IMG/VR virus record: IMGVR_UViG_3300045988_034936
Length of the DNA: 35,831 nt
Source of the DNA: a virus
Direction: 5' to 3' (one strand)
This document shows, one piece after another, positions 1 to 8,356 of this stretch. The position numbers were made by a program, and so were the translations under genes. Numbering within the stretch: the first letter of the stretch is position 1; every line of letters starts with the position of its first letter. The notes beneath the pieces were generated by a model. That model made no database searches. It had not been told where the DNA came from and saw only the letters and a list, made by a program, of their open reading frames with translations.

Positions 1-412
1 CGATGCAAGGGTGTCCGGCGATGCAAGGGTGTTCGGCGATGCAAGGGTGTTCGGCAATGCAGAGGTGTCCGGCGATGCAAGGGTGTCCGGCGATGCAAGG
101 GTGTTCGGCGATGCAAGGGTGTTCGGCGATGCATGGGTGTTCGGCGATGCAAGGGTGTCCGGCGATGCAAGGGTGTTCGGCAATGCAGAGGTGTCCGGCA
201 ATGCATGGGTGTTCGGCAATGCAGAGGTGTCCGGCGATGCAAGGGTGTTCGGCAATGCAGAGGTGTCCGGCAATGCATGGGTGTTCGGCAATGCAGAGGT
301 GTCCGGCGATGCAAGGGTGTCCGGCAATGCAGAGGTGTTCGGCGATGCAAGGGTGTTCGGCAATGCAAGGGTGTTCGGCGATGCAAGGGTGTTCGGCGAT
401 GCAGATTATGCA
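1..412 (+). repeat. 18-nt tandem repeat array: 21 full units from 17 to 394, a partial unit at 1-16 and a degenerate unit at 395-412. It continues at 35767..35831.
   Basis: Unit is ggc-(g/a)at-gca-(agg|gag|tgg)-gtg-t(c/t)c. Only about 4 of 18 positions vary and synonymous sites are invariant. A 72-nt higher-order repeat is visible (GNAEVS-GNAWVF-GNAEVS-GDARV[F/S] occurs twice). Confidence 0.95.
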
Positions 413-652
413 ATTGCGAAAGGTTTTGGGTCAGAGTTCAGGACTACTACTTTTTTTAAAACAAAAGATGAATCTATTGGAGTTAAATGTGGATGTTTCT
501 ACGGAACGCTTGACGAATTTAGACAAAAGGTAAAAGAAACACACAAAGATTCAAAAAAAGCTGTTGAATATTTGATGCTTGCAGATTTGATGGAGTATAG
601 ATTTTTAGGAACTGTCGGAGAAAATCCAATAGACGAAAGAGAGGGAAAGTAA
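1..652 (+). CDS. Hexapeptide (G-D/N-A-x-V-S/F) tandem-repeat protein, 3' part; the 5' part lies at 35620..35831
   Basis: The frame with codons starting at position 2 is the only one of three open + frames that continues past the repeats into a non-repetitive C-terminus (GDADYAIAKGFGSEF...CGCFYGTLDEFRQKV...). It ends at TAA 650-652 and is in phase with the ORF that starts at 35620. Confidence 0.75.
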   Translation, partial: DARVSGDARVFGDARVFGNAEVSGDARVSGDARVFGDARVFGDAWVFGDARVSGDARVFGNAEVSGNAWVFGNAEVSGDARVFGNAEVSGNAWVFGNAEVSGDARVSGNAEVFGDARVFGNARVFGDARVFGDADYAIAKGFGSEFRTTTFFKTKDESIGVKCGCFYGTLDEFRQKVKETHKDSKKAVEYLMLADLMEYRFLGTVGENPIDEREGK

Positions 653-997
653 ATGGCAGATCAAACTTTTAAAAAAGATGTTGATTATCCAGACGTAAAA
701 GAAAACTACGTAATCGAAGGAGAACTTACAGTAAAAATTACTCTTGCAGAATATAGAGAACTTGTTTCAGCAAAGGCTTTGAAGGATAAGGCTGTAAAGG
801 ATTTGGAGTCAGAAAAATACGAAATGTACAGAGAAAATGAAAAACTCAAAAAACAGAATGAAGAACTAAAGCATGAGCTGTACGAACTTCAAAAGAGAGA
901 AAGATTATATAAAGAAGGAAATGTAAATGGAGAGTATACGGAATTACGACAATTGGAAGACGACTCAAACAGAGCCGAAACCGCTAGAACATTGTGA
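653..997 (+). CDS. Coiled-coil hypothetical protein
   Basis: ATG directly abuts the upstream TAA. Charged heptad-like segment EKYEMYRENEKLKKQNEELKHELYELQKRE. Confidence 0.55.
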   Translation: MADQTFKKDVDYPDVKENYVIEGELTVKITLAEYRELVSAKALKDKAVKDLESEKYEMYRENEKLKKQNEELKHELYELQKRERLYKEGNVNGEYTELRQLEDDSNRAETARTL

Positions 998-1097
998 TAT
1001 ATGCGGTGAACCTTTATACGAAGGAGACTATATCACAGACATAGACGGGATGAATTGGTGTGACGAATGTTTAAAGGATAATAGGAGGTTACTGTGA
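927..1097 (+). CDS. Small zinc-ribbon protein (56 aa, CxxC...CxxC), overlapping the 3' end of the previous ORF
   Basis: Below the ORF-track length cutoff. ATG 927 is preceded by gaagga. Translation is MESIRNYDNWKTTQTEPKPLEHCDICGEPLYEGDYITDIDGMNWCDECLKDNRRLL. Its TGA (1095-1097) overlaps the ATG (1097) of the next gene, which suggests translational coupling. Confidence 0.35.
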   Translation: MESIRNYDNWKTTQTEPKPLEHCDICGEPLYEGDYITDIDGMNWCDECLKDNRRLL

Positions 1098-1714
1098 TGC
1101 TCAAAAACTATAAAGAGCTTTCAAAACTAGATGTAAAAAAACACTGCAAAAAACGCGACGGTCTTGACTATCTTCCTTGGACTGCATGTGTAAAGCTTTT
1201 GCACGAGAACGGAGCAGAGGTGGTTAGATGGGAACCTATTCCAGACCCGGTTACAGGATCAAGTCTGATAATGTCTAGCCAAACATTTACTGACAGCAAG
1301 GGAAATACAAACAGATGTTACGAGACAAGAATTAGGGTGACCATAGACGATAAAGTCTACGAAATGCAAACACCTGTAATGAACGGAGCTAACCCAGTAA
1401 AAGACAACAGCATGAGTCAGCAAAGAGTTTGGAACAGCATGTGCAGAGCGTTTGTAAAGTGTGTTGCTATTAATACCGGACTTGGTTTTGATTTGTGGCT
1501 GAAAGAGGAAAACGGAAATGACCCGTATATTCCAGAGTCACTTGAAAAATTAGCTTCGTCAGCAAAGATAAAGACTATTAAAAATCTTTGCGCTAGTCAC
1601 GGGATAGACGGAGATATGTGGGTTTTAAGTAACGGAAAAACATGGGAAACATTGACTGAAAAAGAAGCTGCAAAAATGCTTACTGCCATAAATCAAAGAT
1701 ACGGTGATGAGTAA
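1097..1714 (+). CDS. Rad52-like single-strand annealing protein, Sak / DUF1071 type
   Basis: AGGAGG at 1083-1088, 8 nt before ATG 1097. Motifs LDYLPWTACVKLL and QRVWNSMCRAFVKCVAINTGLGFDLWLKEE resemble the Sak/DUF1071 SSAP family, from memory of the family pattern. Confidence 0.65.
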   Translation: MLKNYKELSKLDVKKHCKKRDGLDYLPWTACVKLLHENGAEVVRWEPIPDPVTGSSLIMSSQTFTDSKGNTNRCYETRIRVTIDDKVYEMQTPVMNGANPVKDNSMSQQRVWNSMCRAFVKCVAINTGLGFDLWLKEENGNDPYIPESLEKLASSAKIKTIKNLCASHGIDGDMWVLSNGKTWETLTEKEAAKMLTAINQRYGDE

Positions 1715-2283
1715 TGAAATTCACAGGAAAACTAAAAGATCCAGTCATTGATTATATCACAGGTAAGATCACGGCACTAATCGAAATCAACGAGGATTTC
1801 AGACAGGCTTACGAAGAGTTGAAAGACTATAAGCTGGATATAGAAATCAAGAAGTATCGTAAAAAGCGGTCACTTGACGCAAATGCATTCTACTGGGTGC
1901 TTATTTCTAAATTGGCAAAAGTTCTTGACACTTCACTTCCAGAACTTCACAACTTGATGCTTTCGAAATACGGATATATAGAAATTCTGGAAGATAAGCC
2001 GGTGTTTACATTACTAGTAGACACCGAAGAGACAGAAAAGAAAGTAAAGGCATCTGAATACTACCACTTGAAGCCTACTAGCCAAGTAACAGAAATGGCA
2101 GACGGAAAACTATGGCGTACCTACATGTTAATGCGTGGCAGCAGTACATACAATACAGAGGAAATGTCGAGATTGATAAGTGGACTTATAACGGATTGCA
2201 AAGAAGCTGGAATTCCTGACCGTGAGATTGCTACACCAGACGAACAAAGGATACTAAAAGAAAAATATAACATTGAATTGTAA
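1714..2283 (+). CDS. NinB/Orf-like recombination mediator (tentative)
   Basis: TAATG start/stop overlap with the SSAP gene. The KKRSLDANAFYWVLISKLAK segment resembles the RSLDQN...W motif of lambda NinB. Its position next to an SSAP fits. Confidence 0.4.
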   Translation: MKFTGKLKDPVIDYITGKITALIEINEDFRQAYEELKDYKLDIEIKKYRKKRSLDANAFYWVLISKLAKVLDTSLPELHNLMLSKYGYIEILEDKPVFTLLVDTEETEKKVKASEYYHLKPTSQVTEMADGKLWRTYMLMRGSSTYNTEEMSRLISGLITDCKEAGIPDREIATPDEQRILKEKYNIEL

Positions 2284-2294
2284 AGGAGAAAAAA

Positions 2295-2900
2295 ATGGGA
2301 CAGAGACTTAATCTTGAAATAACTATTGGCGAAAACGTACTTGCTAACGCTTATTATCATTGGAGCGGTTACACAACTTCTTCTTTAAAGTTGGTAGAAT
2401 CTGCATTAAAAAAATTCGAAGAAGGAAAAAGATTTGTTTTAGACCGATACGAATTAGCATTAGATATGCTTGAAAATACAGGAGCTAAGCTTACAAGAGA
2501 CGAGCTTATGGAATGGAATTACCATACATTTACGGATTTTTCTGGAAAAGTTTTGCCAAGAAAAGCAAGAAGTTCGGACGGAGCCAATCGAAATGACGGT
2601 CTTATTTCTATAACTAGCGTTGGAATAAACGAAACTAGATCGTGGGAAGAAGCGAGAGTTTCAATTGACATCGAGAAAAAGATTGTTTTATTTGATGCAA
2701 TATGGCTTATAGAAGGCGGCGAAAACGAACTTGTAGAAGATTACGAAACAAACCCAGATGAAATACCTGAAATCAGCTTTAATTTTAAACAAATCCCGTT
2801 TGATAAGTTTGACGATATCAAGAATAAAATATTTTCTTTAATTGATGAAGAAATATATAAGTTTAAGCATGAAGGTAGTTTTTATTCTTTTATTGAGTAA
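2295..2900 (+). CDS. Hypothetical protein
   Basis: 201-aa ORF with aaggag RBS upstream, co-oriented within the early operon. Confidence 0.6.
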   Translation: MGQRLNLEITIGENVLANAYYHWSGYTTSSLKLVESALKKFEEGKRFVLDRYELALDMLENTGAKLTRDELMEWNYHTFTDFSGKVLPRKARSSDGANRNDGLISITSVGINETRSWEEARVSIDIEKKIVLFDAIWLIEGGENELVEDYETNPDEIPEISFNFKQIPFDKFDDIKNKIFSLIDEEIYKFKHEGSFYSFIE

Positions 2901-2905
2901 AACAT

Positions 2906-3199
2906 ATGAAGAAACTAACTAGCGTATTTACAACCGACTTAGAACACTGTTACTTCACCGGAAGCCCAAACGTACATATACATCATATTTTCCCAGGAAG
3001 CAGAAGAAAACTTTCCGAAAAGCGTGGTTTTGTAATACCACTTGTATATTACTTACACGAATTTGGAAAAGACAGTGTACACGAAAACCCAAACAAAGGC
3101 TTAGACCTTAAATTAAAGCAGATGGCACAGACTTACTATGAATCACACTATGGAAGCCGAGAGGACTTCATTCAAGAATTCGGTAAGTCTTGGCTATAA
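2906..3199 (+). CDS. Small His-rich (HNH/His-Me-finger-like) protein, function unknown
   Basis: 97-aa ORF with motif HCYFTGSPNVHIHHIFPGSRRKLSEKRGFVIPL...H...VHENPN. Confidence 0.5.
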   Translation: MKKLTSVFTTDLEHCYFTGSPNVHIHHIFPGSRRKLSEKRGFVIPLVYYLHEFGKDSVHENPNKGLDLKLKQMAQTYYESHYGSREDFIQEFGKSWL

Positions 3200-3310
3200 A
3201 GTAACCCGTAAACCTTGTTTTACGCACAGCACCTTAATATATCACATTCACTATATCTGTATAATTCGCATTCTCCCGGTCGCTGTGTGCCGGGAGAGAA
3301 AGGAGGATTG

Positions 3311-3664
3311 ATGGAAGGTAAAACCATCAAGAATCAAGGCATAGACATATTGGAATATATTCCATTTGGACACGATAACGCAATAACGAGAAAAGGGCTT
3401 TCTATTGTTCTTGGCATTGACGATAGAATGGTCCGTGATCTGATACATAACGCAAGAGAAAAACATACAATTTTAAATTTGCAGGATGGGAAAGGATATT
3501 TTAGGCCTGATCCAGATAAACCCAGTGACATAGCATTTGTTAAAAGGTATGTAATGCAAGAGGAATCAAGGATAAGGAATACCGGAATGAGTTTAAAAGC
3601 AGCGAGAAAGTTTTTGAAAGGAGTAAATATTTGTGAAGTACCACAACCGGAAAGTAACGATTGA
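3311..3664 (+). CDS. Hypothetical protein, possible winged-helix DNA-binding protein
   Basis: Start trimmed from 3215 to ATG 3311, which follows aaaggagg (3299-3306). The upstream 32 codons of the track ORF have no RBS. Confidence 0.55.
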   Translation: MEGKTIKNQGIDILEYIPFGHDNAITRKGLSIVLGIDDRMVRDLIHNAREKHTILNLQDGKGYFRPDPDKPSDIAFVKRYVMQEESRIRNTGMSLKAARKFLKGVNICEVPQPESND

Positions 3665-3989
3665 CGGCATAACCTTTGACAGTAAGAAAGAAGCTTACAG
3701 ATATAAGGAATTAAAGTTGCTACAGAAAGCAGGGGAAATATCTGATTTAAGACTGCAAGTAAAATACATATTGATTCCCGCACAATACAAACCTGACAGA
3801 ATAGGCAAGCGTGGTGGAATTAAGAAAGGCAAGATTATTGAGCGTGAATGTTCTTATATCGCAGATTTCGTCTATCAAGAAAACGGAGAAACAGTTGTGG
3901 AAGATACAAAAGGAATGAAAACGAAAGATTATATCATAAAAAGGAAACTGATGCTGTATGTTCACGGAATCAGAATTAGAGAGGTGTGA
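3633..3989 (+). CDS. DUF1064-family protein (putative Holliday-junction-resolvase-like nuclease)
   Basis: HNRKVTIDGITFDSKKEAYRYKELKLLQKAGEISDLRLQ ... YIADFVY...VEDTKG...IKRKL matches the DUF1064 pattern common in Firmicute phages. GTG start. Confidence 0.7.
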   Translation: MKYHNRKVTIDGITFDSKKEAYRYKELKLLQKAGEISDLRLQVKYILIPAQYKPDRIGKRGGIKKGKIIERECSYIADFVYQENGETVVEDTKGMKTKDYIIKRKLMLYVHGIRIREV

Positions 3990-4030
3990 GAGAACTTGAG
4001 CAAAATAATATCACGTAAGAAGGTGATAGA

Positions 4031-4741
4031 TTGAGAGACAGCTTTGTATTATACGTCAAATACCTTGAAAACATAGAGCTTCTAAATATGGAGCAAAGAG
4101 GAATTCTTTTGACAGCGTTAATGAAATACGCTTTGAAAGATGAAATACCGGAAATGGACGGCATGACAAAAATGGCATTCTCTTTTATTAAATCACAGCT
4201 TGACAGGGATTTCAAAAAGTATGACGAAACTTGCAAAAAAAGGGCTGAATCGGGGAAATTAGGTGGCAGACCTAAGAGCAAAGCGGATGATTCTAAAGAA
4301 AACCATGATAAAGCAAAAAAAGCAAATGGTTTTTCTGAAAAGCAAAATAACCCTGATAATGATAATGAATATGATAATGATAATGAGAATGATATAAAAA
4401 ATAAATATACGTGTGCTTTTGAGCAGCTCTGGACTGCGTACCCGAGAAAAAAAGAGAAAGCAAGAGCCTATAAGTGTTATAAGGCAAGGCTTAACGATGG
4501 TTTTTCAGAGGACGAGCTATTGTTAGCAGTTAAAAGATATGCAGAAGAGTGCAAAGAAAGAAGGACGGAAGATAAGTATATCAAGATGGCCTCCACGTTT
4601 TTGAGTTCTAATACACCATTTGTTGATTATCTTGGCGATTATACACCGCCGAAGAAAAAGGCGAATATTTCTGGATTTAACAACGCACCAGAAAGGATAT
4701 ACAGCAACATGGATGAATTAACGCGGGGGCTGATTGAGTAA
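4031..4741 (+). CDS. Replication-associated protein (DUF6291-like N-terminus plus DnaD/replisome-organiser-like C-terminus), tentative
   Basis: TTG start after gaaggtg. N-terminus FVLYVKYLENIELLNMEQRGILLTALMKY. A low-complexity D/N linker is followed by FEQLWTAYPRKKEKARAYKCYKARL. The start codon is uncertain (ATG 4088 is an alternative). Confidence 0.45.
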   Translation: MRDSFVLYVKYLENIELLNMEQRGILLTALMKYALKDEIPEMDGMTKMAFSFIKSQLDRDFKKYDETCKKRAESGKLGGRPKSKADDSKENHDKAKKANGFSEKQNNPDNDNEYDNDNENDIKNKYTCAFEQLWTAYPRKKEKARAYKCYKARLNDGFSEDELLLAVKRYAEECKERRTEDKYIKMASTFLSSNTPFVDYLGDYTPPKKKANISGFNNAPERIYSNMDELTRGLIE

Positions 4742-4753
4742 GGAGGATTGAGG

Positions 4754-4924
4754 ATGATGGGAACAACGCTTATATCTAACAGTTTTGGATCATTGCAAGA
4801 GTTTGAAAAATTTGCTCTTGACTGGTCTAGTATATGCTACAAGCTGAATAAATCGGACAGGAACAAGTCAGAGGTTGAAAGATGGAGAAAGGCGGTTGAA
4901 GCAAGACAGAATGAAGCGAAATAA
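4754..4924 (+). CDS. Small hypothetical protein (56 aa)
   Basis: Below the ORF-track cutoff. AGGAGG at 4741-4746, 7 nt before ATG 4754. Fills an otherwise empty gap between two + strand genes. Confidence 0.35.
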   Translation: MMGTTLISNSFGSLQEFEKFALDWSSICYKLNKSDRNKSEVERWRKAVEARQNEAK

Positions 4925-4966
4925 AAGATATGTAGGAAATCGGAAGAAAAGGAAGGTAAGGAGAAA

Positions 4967-5815
4967 GTGAAAAAAATAAAGTGCGAGATATACAGAGATT
5001 CAATGCAGAACTACAAGAAATATGCAATACCTCCGGCACAGCTAATTATTGCAGATGTCCCGTACAATGTAGGAAAAAACTTTTACGGAAGCAATCCGAT
5101 GTGGTACAACGGCGGCGATAACAAAAACGGAGAGAGCAAACTGGCCGGGAAATCAGCGTTTAACAGTGATTTTAACTTCAACTTGTATGAATACTTTCAC
5201 TTCTGCTCAAAGATGCTGAAAAAGGACGATAAAAATCCAGTTCCAAGAGGCAGAAGTTCCGAAAGCCCGTGCATGATCGTGTTTTGTAGTTTTGAGCAAC
5301 AGCCAACACTTATAGATGCAGCAAAAAAGCATGGATTTGTAAAGTACATACCACTTGTATTTGTGAAAAACTATAGCCCACAAGTATTAAAAGCAAATAT
5401 GCGTGTAGTTGGTGCTACTGAATACGCTTTGCTTTTATACAGAGATAAGTTACCGAAGTTTAGAAACGGTCTGAAAGTTGATGAGAACGGGAAAAACATC
5501 AGAGGAACAGGACACATGATTTTTAACTGGTTTGAGTGGGAAAAAGACGGAAAAGAGATTCCCAAAATACACCCTAGCCAAAAGCCGGTTAAAGTATTGA
5601 AAAAGTTAATTGAAACTTTTACAGATCCAGGAGATGTTGTTATTGATCCGTGTTGCGGTAGTGGTTCGACATTAAGAGCTGCTAAAGAAATTGGTCGTAG
5701 TTCTTTTGGCTTTGAAATTGATAGAAATTTCTATAACAGGGCAAAAAATGAAATGATTGCATTTCAGAAAGAAGATCAGATCAGCATGGAGGAATATTTG
5801 GAGGGGATTTCATGA
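4967..5815 (+). CDS. Orphan DNA methyltransferase (N6-adenine or N4-cytosine, beta-class motif order)
   Basis: Catalytic motif IV-like IIADVPYN near the N-terminus. AdoMet motif I VVIDPCCGSGSTLRAAKEIGRSSFGFEID near the C-terminus. No adjacent restriction endonuclease gene. Confidence 0.8.
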   Translation: MKKIKCEIYRDSMQNYKKYAIPPAQLIIADVPYNVGKNFYGSNPMWYNGGDNKNGESKLAGKSAFNSDFNFNLYEYFHFCSKMLKKDDKNPVPRGRSSESPCMIVFCSFEQQPTLIDAAKKHGFVKYIPLVFVKNYSPQVLKANMRVVGATEYALLLYRDKLPKFRNGLKVDENGKNIRGTGHMIFNWFEWEKDGKEIPKIHPSQKPVKVLKKLIETFTDPGDVVIDPCCGSGSTLRAAKEIGRSSFGFEIDRNFYNRAKNEMIAFQKEDQISMEEYLEGIS

Positions 5816-6108
5816 CACAAGTAGAACTTAAAAACGGCTATTACATCGAAATTAAAAAACTGTCTTACACACTCCGCCAGCGATACACCGGAAAATCAAA
5901 ATCCGGAGAGCCGAAAGAATCCATCCGCACTCACGGACATTACAACAAAATAGGACAAGCTATTATGCGGTACATAGAACTGATGCAGATGGACGTATTG
6001 GACGGAGAACGGGTTACGCTGGAAGAGTATGTAAAAACGATAGAACAAGTAAATAAAATCGCTGTACAAGGATTAGAGAACGTTCTTGAGCGGTTTGAAG
6101 TGAAGTAA
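5812..6108 (+). CDS. Hypothetical protein
   Basis: ATGA start/stop overlap with the methyltransferase gene. Confidence 0.55.
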   Translation: MTQVELKNGYYIEIKKLSYTLRQRYTGKSKSGEPKESIRTHGHYNKIGQAIMRYIELMQMDVLDGERVTLEEYVKTIEQVNKIAVQGLENVLERFEVK

Positions 6109-6118
6109 AGGAGAGAAT

Positions 6119-6565
6119 ATGTTAGCAGAAAATAAAGTTCAGTTAGAAGCGATAAAAACAAGAAATTATATGTTTAGTGAGAAAGATGGATATATTCTTT
6201 GCACCGAAGGGAAATACATTGTTTATATCAAAAAAGAGGACTTTCTTCTTGACATTGAAAAACAGAAGAAAATACCAGAAAAAGGAGTGGAGCAATTCTC
6301 GCCGATTAGAGTAAAAGGAGAAATCAGAGAAGCGGAACTTTCGAAAAGAATGGTTTGCCCTGGGACAATGATTTACAGAGCGATAAAAGATAAGGAAACA
6401 GGCGAATATGCATGGTTTAATGTGAAATACATTAATTTATTCAAAGAGTGCAATGTTGGATTGAGAAAAAATGAATCGAACAAAACATACGATGCGGTTT
6501 TTATGAGATACGGAGAAATTGTTGGATATGTTATGCCGATAGCGAGAGTCGAAGACTGGGATTGA
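6119..6565 (+). CDS. Hypothetical protein
   Basis: aaggagag RBS before ATG 6119; 148-aa ORF. Confidence 0.55.
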   Translation: MLAENKVQLEAIKTRNYMFSEKDGYILCTEGKYIVYIKKEDFLLDIEKQKKIPEKGVEQFSPIRVKGEIREAELSKRMVCPGTMIYRAIKDKETGEYAWFNVKYINLFKECNVGLRKNESNKTYDAVFMRYGEIVGYVMPIARVEDWD

Positions 6566-6585
6566 AAAGGAGGGGATAAATAGAA

Positions 6586-6888
6586 ATGAAAATAAAAATC
6601 CGTGATATATCTACGCGCAGACAAGGAGACACCGAAAGAAAACCAAACGTAATAGAAATTGACTCCGGCGGTATAAAATTCAAAGTCCATCGCCACATAT
6701 ACTACCCGGACACATGGTTATTATCATGCCGTAGGATGGGTATAGAGCATGAAAATTTAAAGACTGATGATTTGACGGAAGCACTGAAAAAGGCCAAGAT
6801 GTTTATTTTATCGGCGATTGAGGATGAAATTGCGATGTTGAAGCAGGCAAAGGAAGTGTTAGAGGAAAGTGAGGAGTTGATGATATGA
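6586..6888 (+). CDS. Hypothetical protein
   Basis: aaaggagg RBS upstream; 100-aa ORF. Confidence 0.55.
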   Translation: MKIKIRDISTRRQGDTERKPNVIEIDSGGIKFKVHRHIYYPDTWLLSCRRMGIEHENLKTDDLTEALKKAKMFILSAIEDEIAMLKQAKEVLEESEELMI

Positions 6889-7295
6889 CAGCATTAGGAA
6901 AGATATTGCATGAGATCGATTTACATGCAATCGAATTTGAATCGTTTGGATTATGTGATGATTATGTTAGCGTAGGATGGGTAAAAAACATCATAAAAAA
7001 GCACTTATCGGAAAACAAATGTTCAGAGTGTAGCCGGAGAAAATTCTACCAGATGGGATATGAGGATGGGAATAAAGATAATGACGGGTGGATTCCGGTT
7101 GAGGAGCGGCTGCCGGAAGAAGCAGGAACATATATTATCAATGCTTTAACCGGAGAAAGGAATATAGTAACCTTTGCAAAATGGCAGAACAGATATAAGC
7201 GATTTGATATGACAGGAGCAAGAACATATTGGAAAATTATCGCCTGGTGTCCTCTTCCAGAGCCGTACCGGCCAGAAAGGAGCGAGGGAGAATGA
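6885..7295 (+). CDS. DUF551-like protein
   Basis: ATGA overlap with the upstream gene. GWIPVEERLPEEAGTYII...WCPLPEPY resembles the DUF551 W..V.ERLPE motif. Confidence 0.55.
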   Translation: MTALGKILHEIDLHAIEFESFGLCDDYVSVGWVKNIIKKHLSENKCSECSRRKFYQMGYEDGNKDNDGWIPVEERLPEEAGTYIINALTGERNIVTFAKWQNRYKRFDMTGARTYWKIIAWCPLPEPYRPERSEGE

Positions 7296-7675
7296 GCGAG
7301 ATTAAATTAAAGTCGTGTCCGTTCTGCGGAGGCAGCGGAGAGTTATATAAAGATAGTTTTGAAAAATACTTTGCTGGTTGTCCAAAATGTGATTTTTATT
7401 ACGGAATAGAAATTGAATCTGGCGTTGAATTAATTAATGGGTGGAAGGCAAAATATAAAACAATAAACGAAGCTGTAGAATCATGGAACAGAAGGGCAGG
7501 TGAACAGCCTACGGTCTTTGATAAGGAAAAAGTAATTGAGCAACTTCAAGAGGCTTCTTATTGTGAATCATCTGACATATACGATGATGACGGCTACAAA
7601 CATGACTATTACGATTCGGAAGTTATAGACTTAGATAAGGCGATTGAGATTGTCGAGAAAGGCGGGATTGAATGA
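7292..7675 (+). CDS. Lar-family (restriction-alleviation-like) zinc-ribbon protein
   Basis: Start trimmed to ATG 7292 (ATGA overlap, gagggag RBS). N-terminus MSEIKLKSCPFCGGSGELY...CPKCDF is typical of the Lar family. Confidence 0.55.
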   Translation: MSEIKLKSCPFCGGSGELYKDSFEKYFAGCPKCDFYYGIEIESGVELINGWKAKYKTINEAVESWNRRAGEQPTVFDKEKVIEQLQEASYCESSDIYDDDGYKHDYYDSEVIDLDKAIEIVEKGGIE

Positions 7676-7959
7676 AGAAACTAACTAAATCCATTCTTGT
7701 CCTTCTCTCTACCATAGCATTGACCGGATGCGCTGCAGAACAAACAAAGCCAGCACCGGATCCAGAACCGATTGAAATCCAAATCCCGGAACCCTGCCGT
7801 TATGGTTTTGTCATGATCCGAACTCCGGAAGGAAACCAGACAATGTACTCCAGCAGCATAGACATCCAGAACGATGGCAGGGATGGAAAAGCTATTTATA
7901 TAGTTGTAGACGCTATTAATAATACGTGGTCTGGTGAAATAGAAAGCGGGGGAGAATAA
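7672..7959 (+). CDS. Small lipoprotein
   Basis: Signal peptide plus lipobox MKKLTKSILVLLSTIALTGC|AAEQ. Confidence 0.65.
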   Translation: MKKLTKSILVLLSTIALTGCAAEQTKPAPDPEPIEIQIPEPCRYGFVMIRTPEGNQTMYSSSIDIQNDGRDGKAIYIVVDAINNTWSGEIESGGE

Positions 7960-8354
7960 TGGAAAGATTAACAGAACGTGAACCATATTGGATGGGCGAA
8001 GAATTTTGGACAAGTGCAAGAGAGCCGGACGAAGAAGAAATAGACGCGGTTTATGAACGTCTGAAACATTATGAGGACATGGAAGAGCAGGGAAAGATTT
8101 TGTCGATTCCGTGCAAGCCTGAAGATGCGGTGTATGTAATTTCTGATTATTCAAACAACAAAACAAGATTCGAAATAATAAAAGCAGTAGTTACAACAGT
8201 CAGGCTTAAAAACGACGGAAAAACTGTTAGTTTTTCTTGCAGAGGTAAATGGAAAAACCAAAATCCTTACATAGGGAATTTTGTAAGTAATTCGATTGGG
8301 AAAACTGTATTTCTTACCGAGCAGGAAGCAAAGGAAGAATTAAAAAGGAAATGA
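7959..8354 (+). CDS. Hypothetical protein
   Basis: TAATG overlap with the upstream gene; 131-aa ORF. Confidence 0.55.
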   Translation: MERLTEREPYWMGEEFWTSAREPDEEEIDAVYERLKHYEDMEEQGKILSIPCKPEDAVYVISDYSNNKTRFEIIKAVVTTVRLKNDGKTVSFSCRGKWKNQNPYIGNFVSNSIGKTVFLTEQEAKEELKRK

Positions 8355-8356
8355 AT

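Noticed and set aside
1-412. The regular short repeats could be a CRISPR array
   Set aside because: The units are directly abutting 18-mers with no spacers, are translated in frame within a CDS, and no cas genes are present.
1-412. The 18-nt repeat gene as a second DGR target
   Set aside because: Inter-unit variation (g/a, agg/gag/tgg, c/t) is not adenine-specific relative to any template, and the sequence has no similarity to the TR at 26673-26753. I also saw no other GVRP-type or TR-like segment by eye, although a computational search for remote VRs would be needed to exclude one.
3-533. Track ORFs 3..533 and 133..459, which look like Cys/Met-rich repeat proteins (MQGCPAMQGCS..., MGVRRCKGVRR...)
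   Set aside because: They are the other two frames of the 18-nt tandem repeat, which lacks stop codons in all three + frames. Only the G-D-A-R-V-S frame continues into unique sequence, has a proper stop at 652, and is in phase with the N-terminal ORF at 35620.
3215-3310. Longer 5' extensions of several track ORFs (3215, 7229, 12460, 14229, 16915, 21868, 28611, 29117, 32068 on the minus strand, 33969)
   Set aside because: In each case an internal ATG is preceded by a good AGGAGG-like site at 5-10 nt and/or overlaps the upstream stop codon, while the track start has neither.
7681-8166. Antisense ORFs of 100-200 aa at 7681-8166, 10614-10994, 12187-12669, 18666-19130, 19793-20392, 23292-23723 and 27922-28311
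   Set aside because: All lie opposite well-supported + strand genes in tightly coupled operons. They lack ribosome-binding sites and have implausible compositions, so they are treated as frame shadows.
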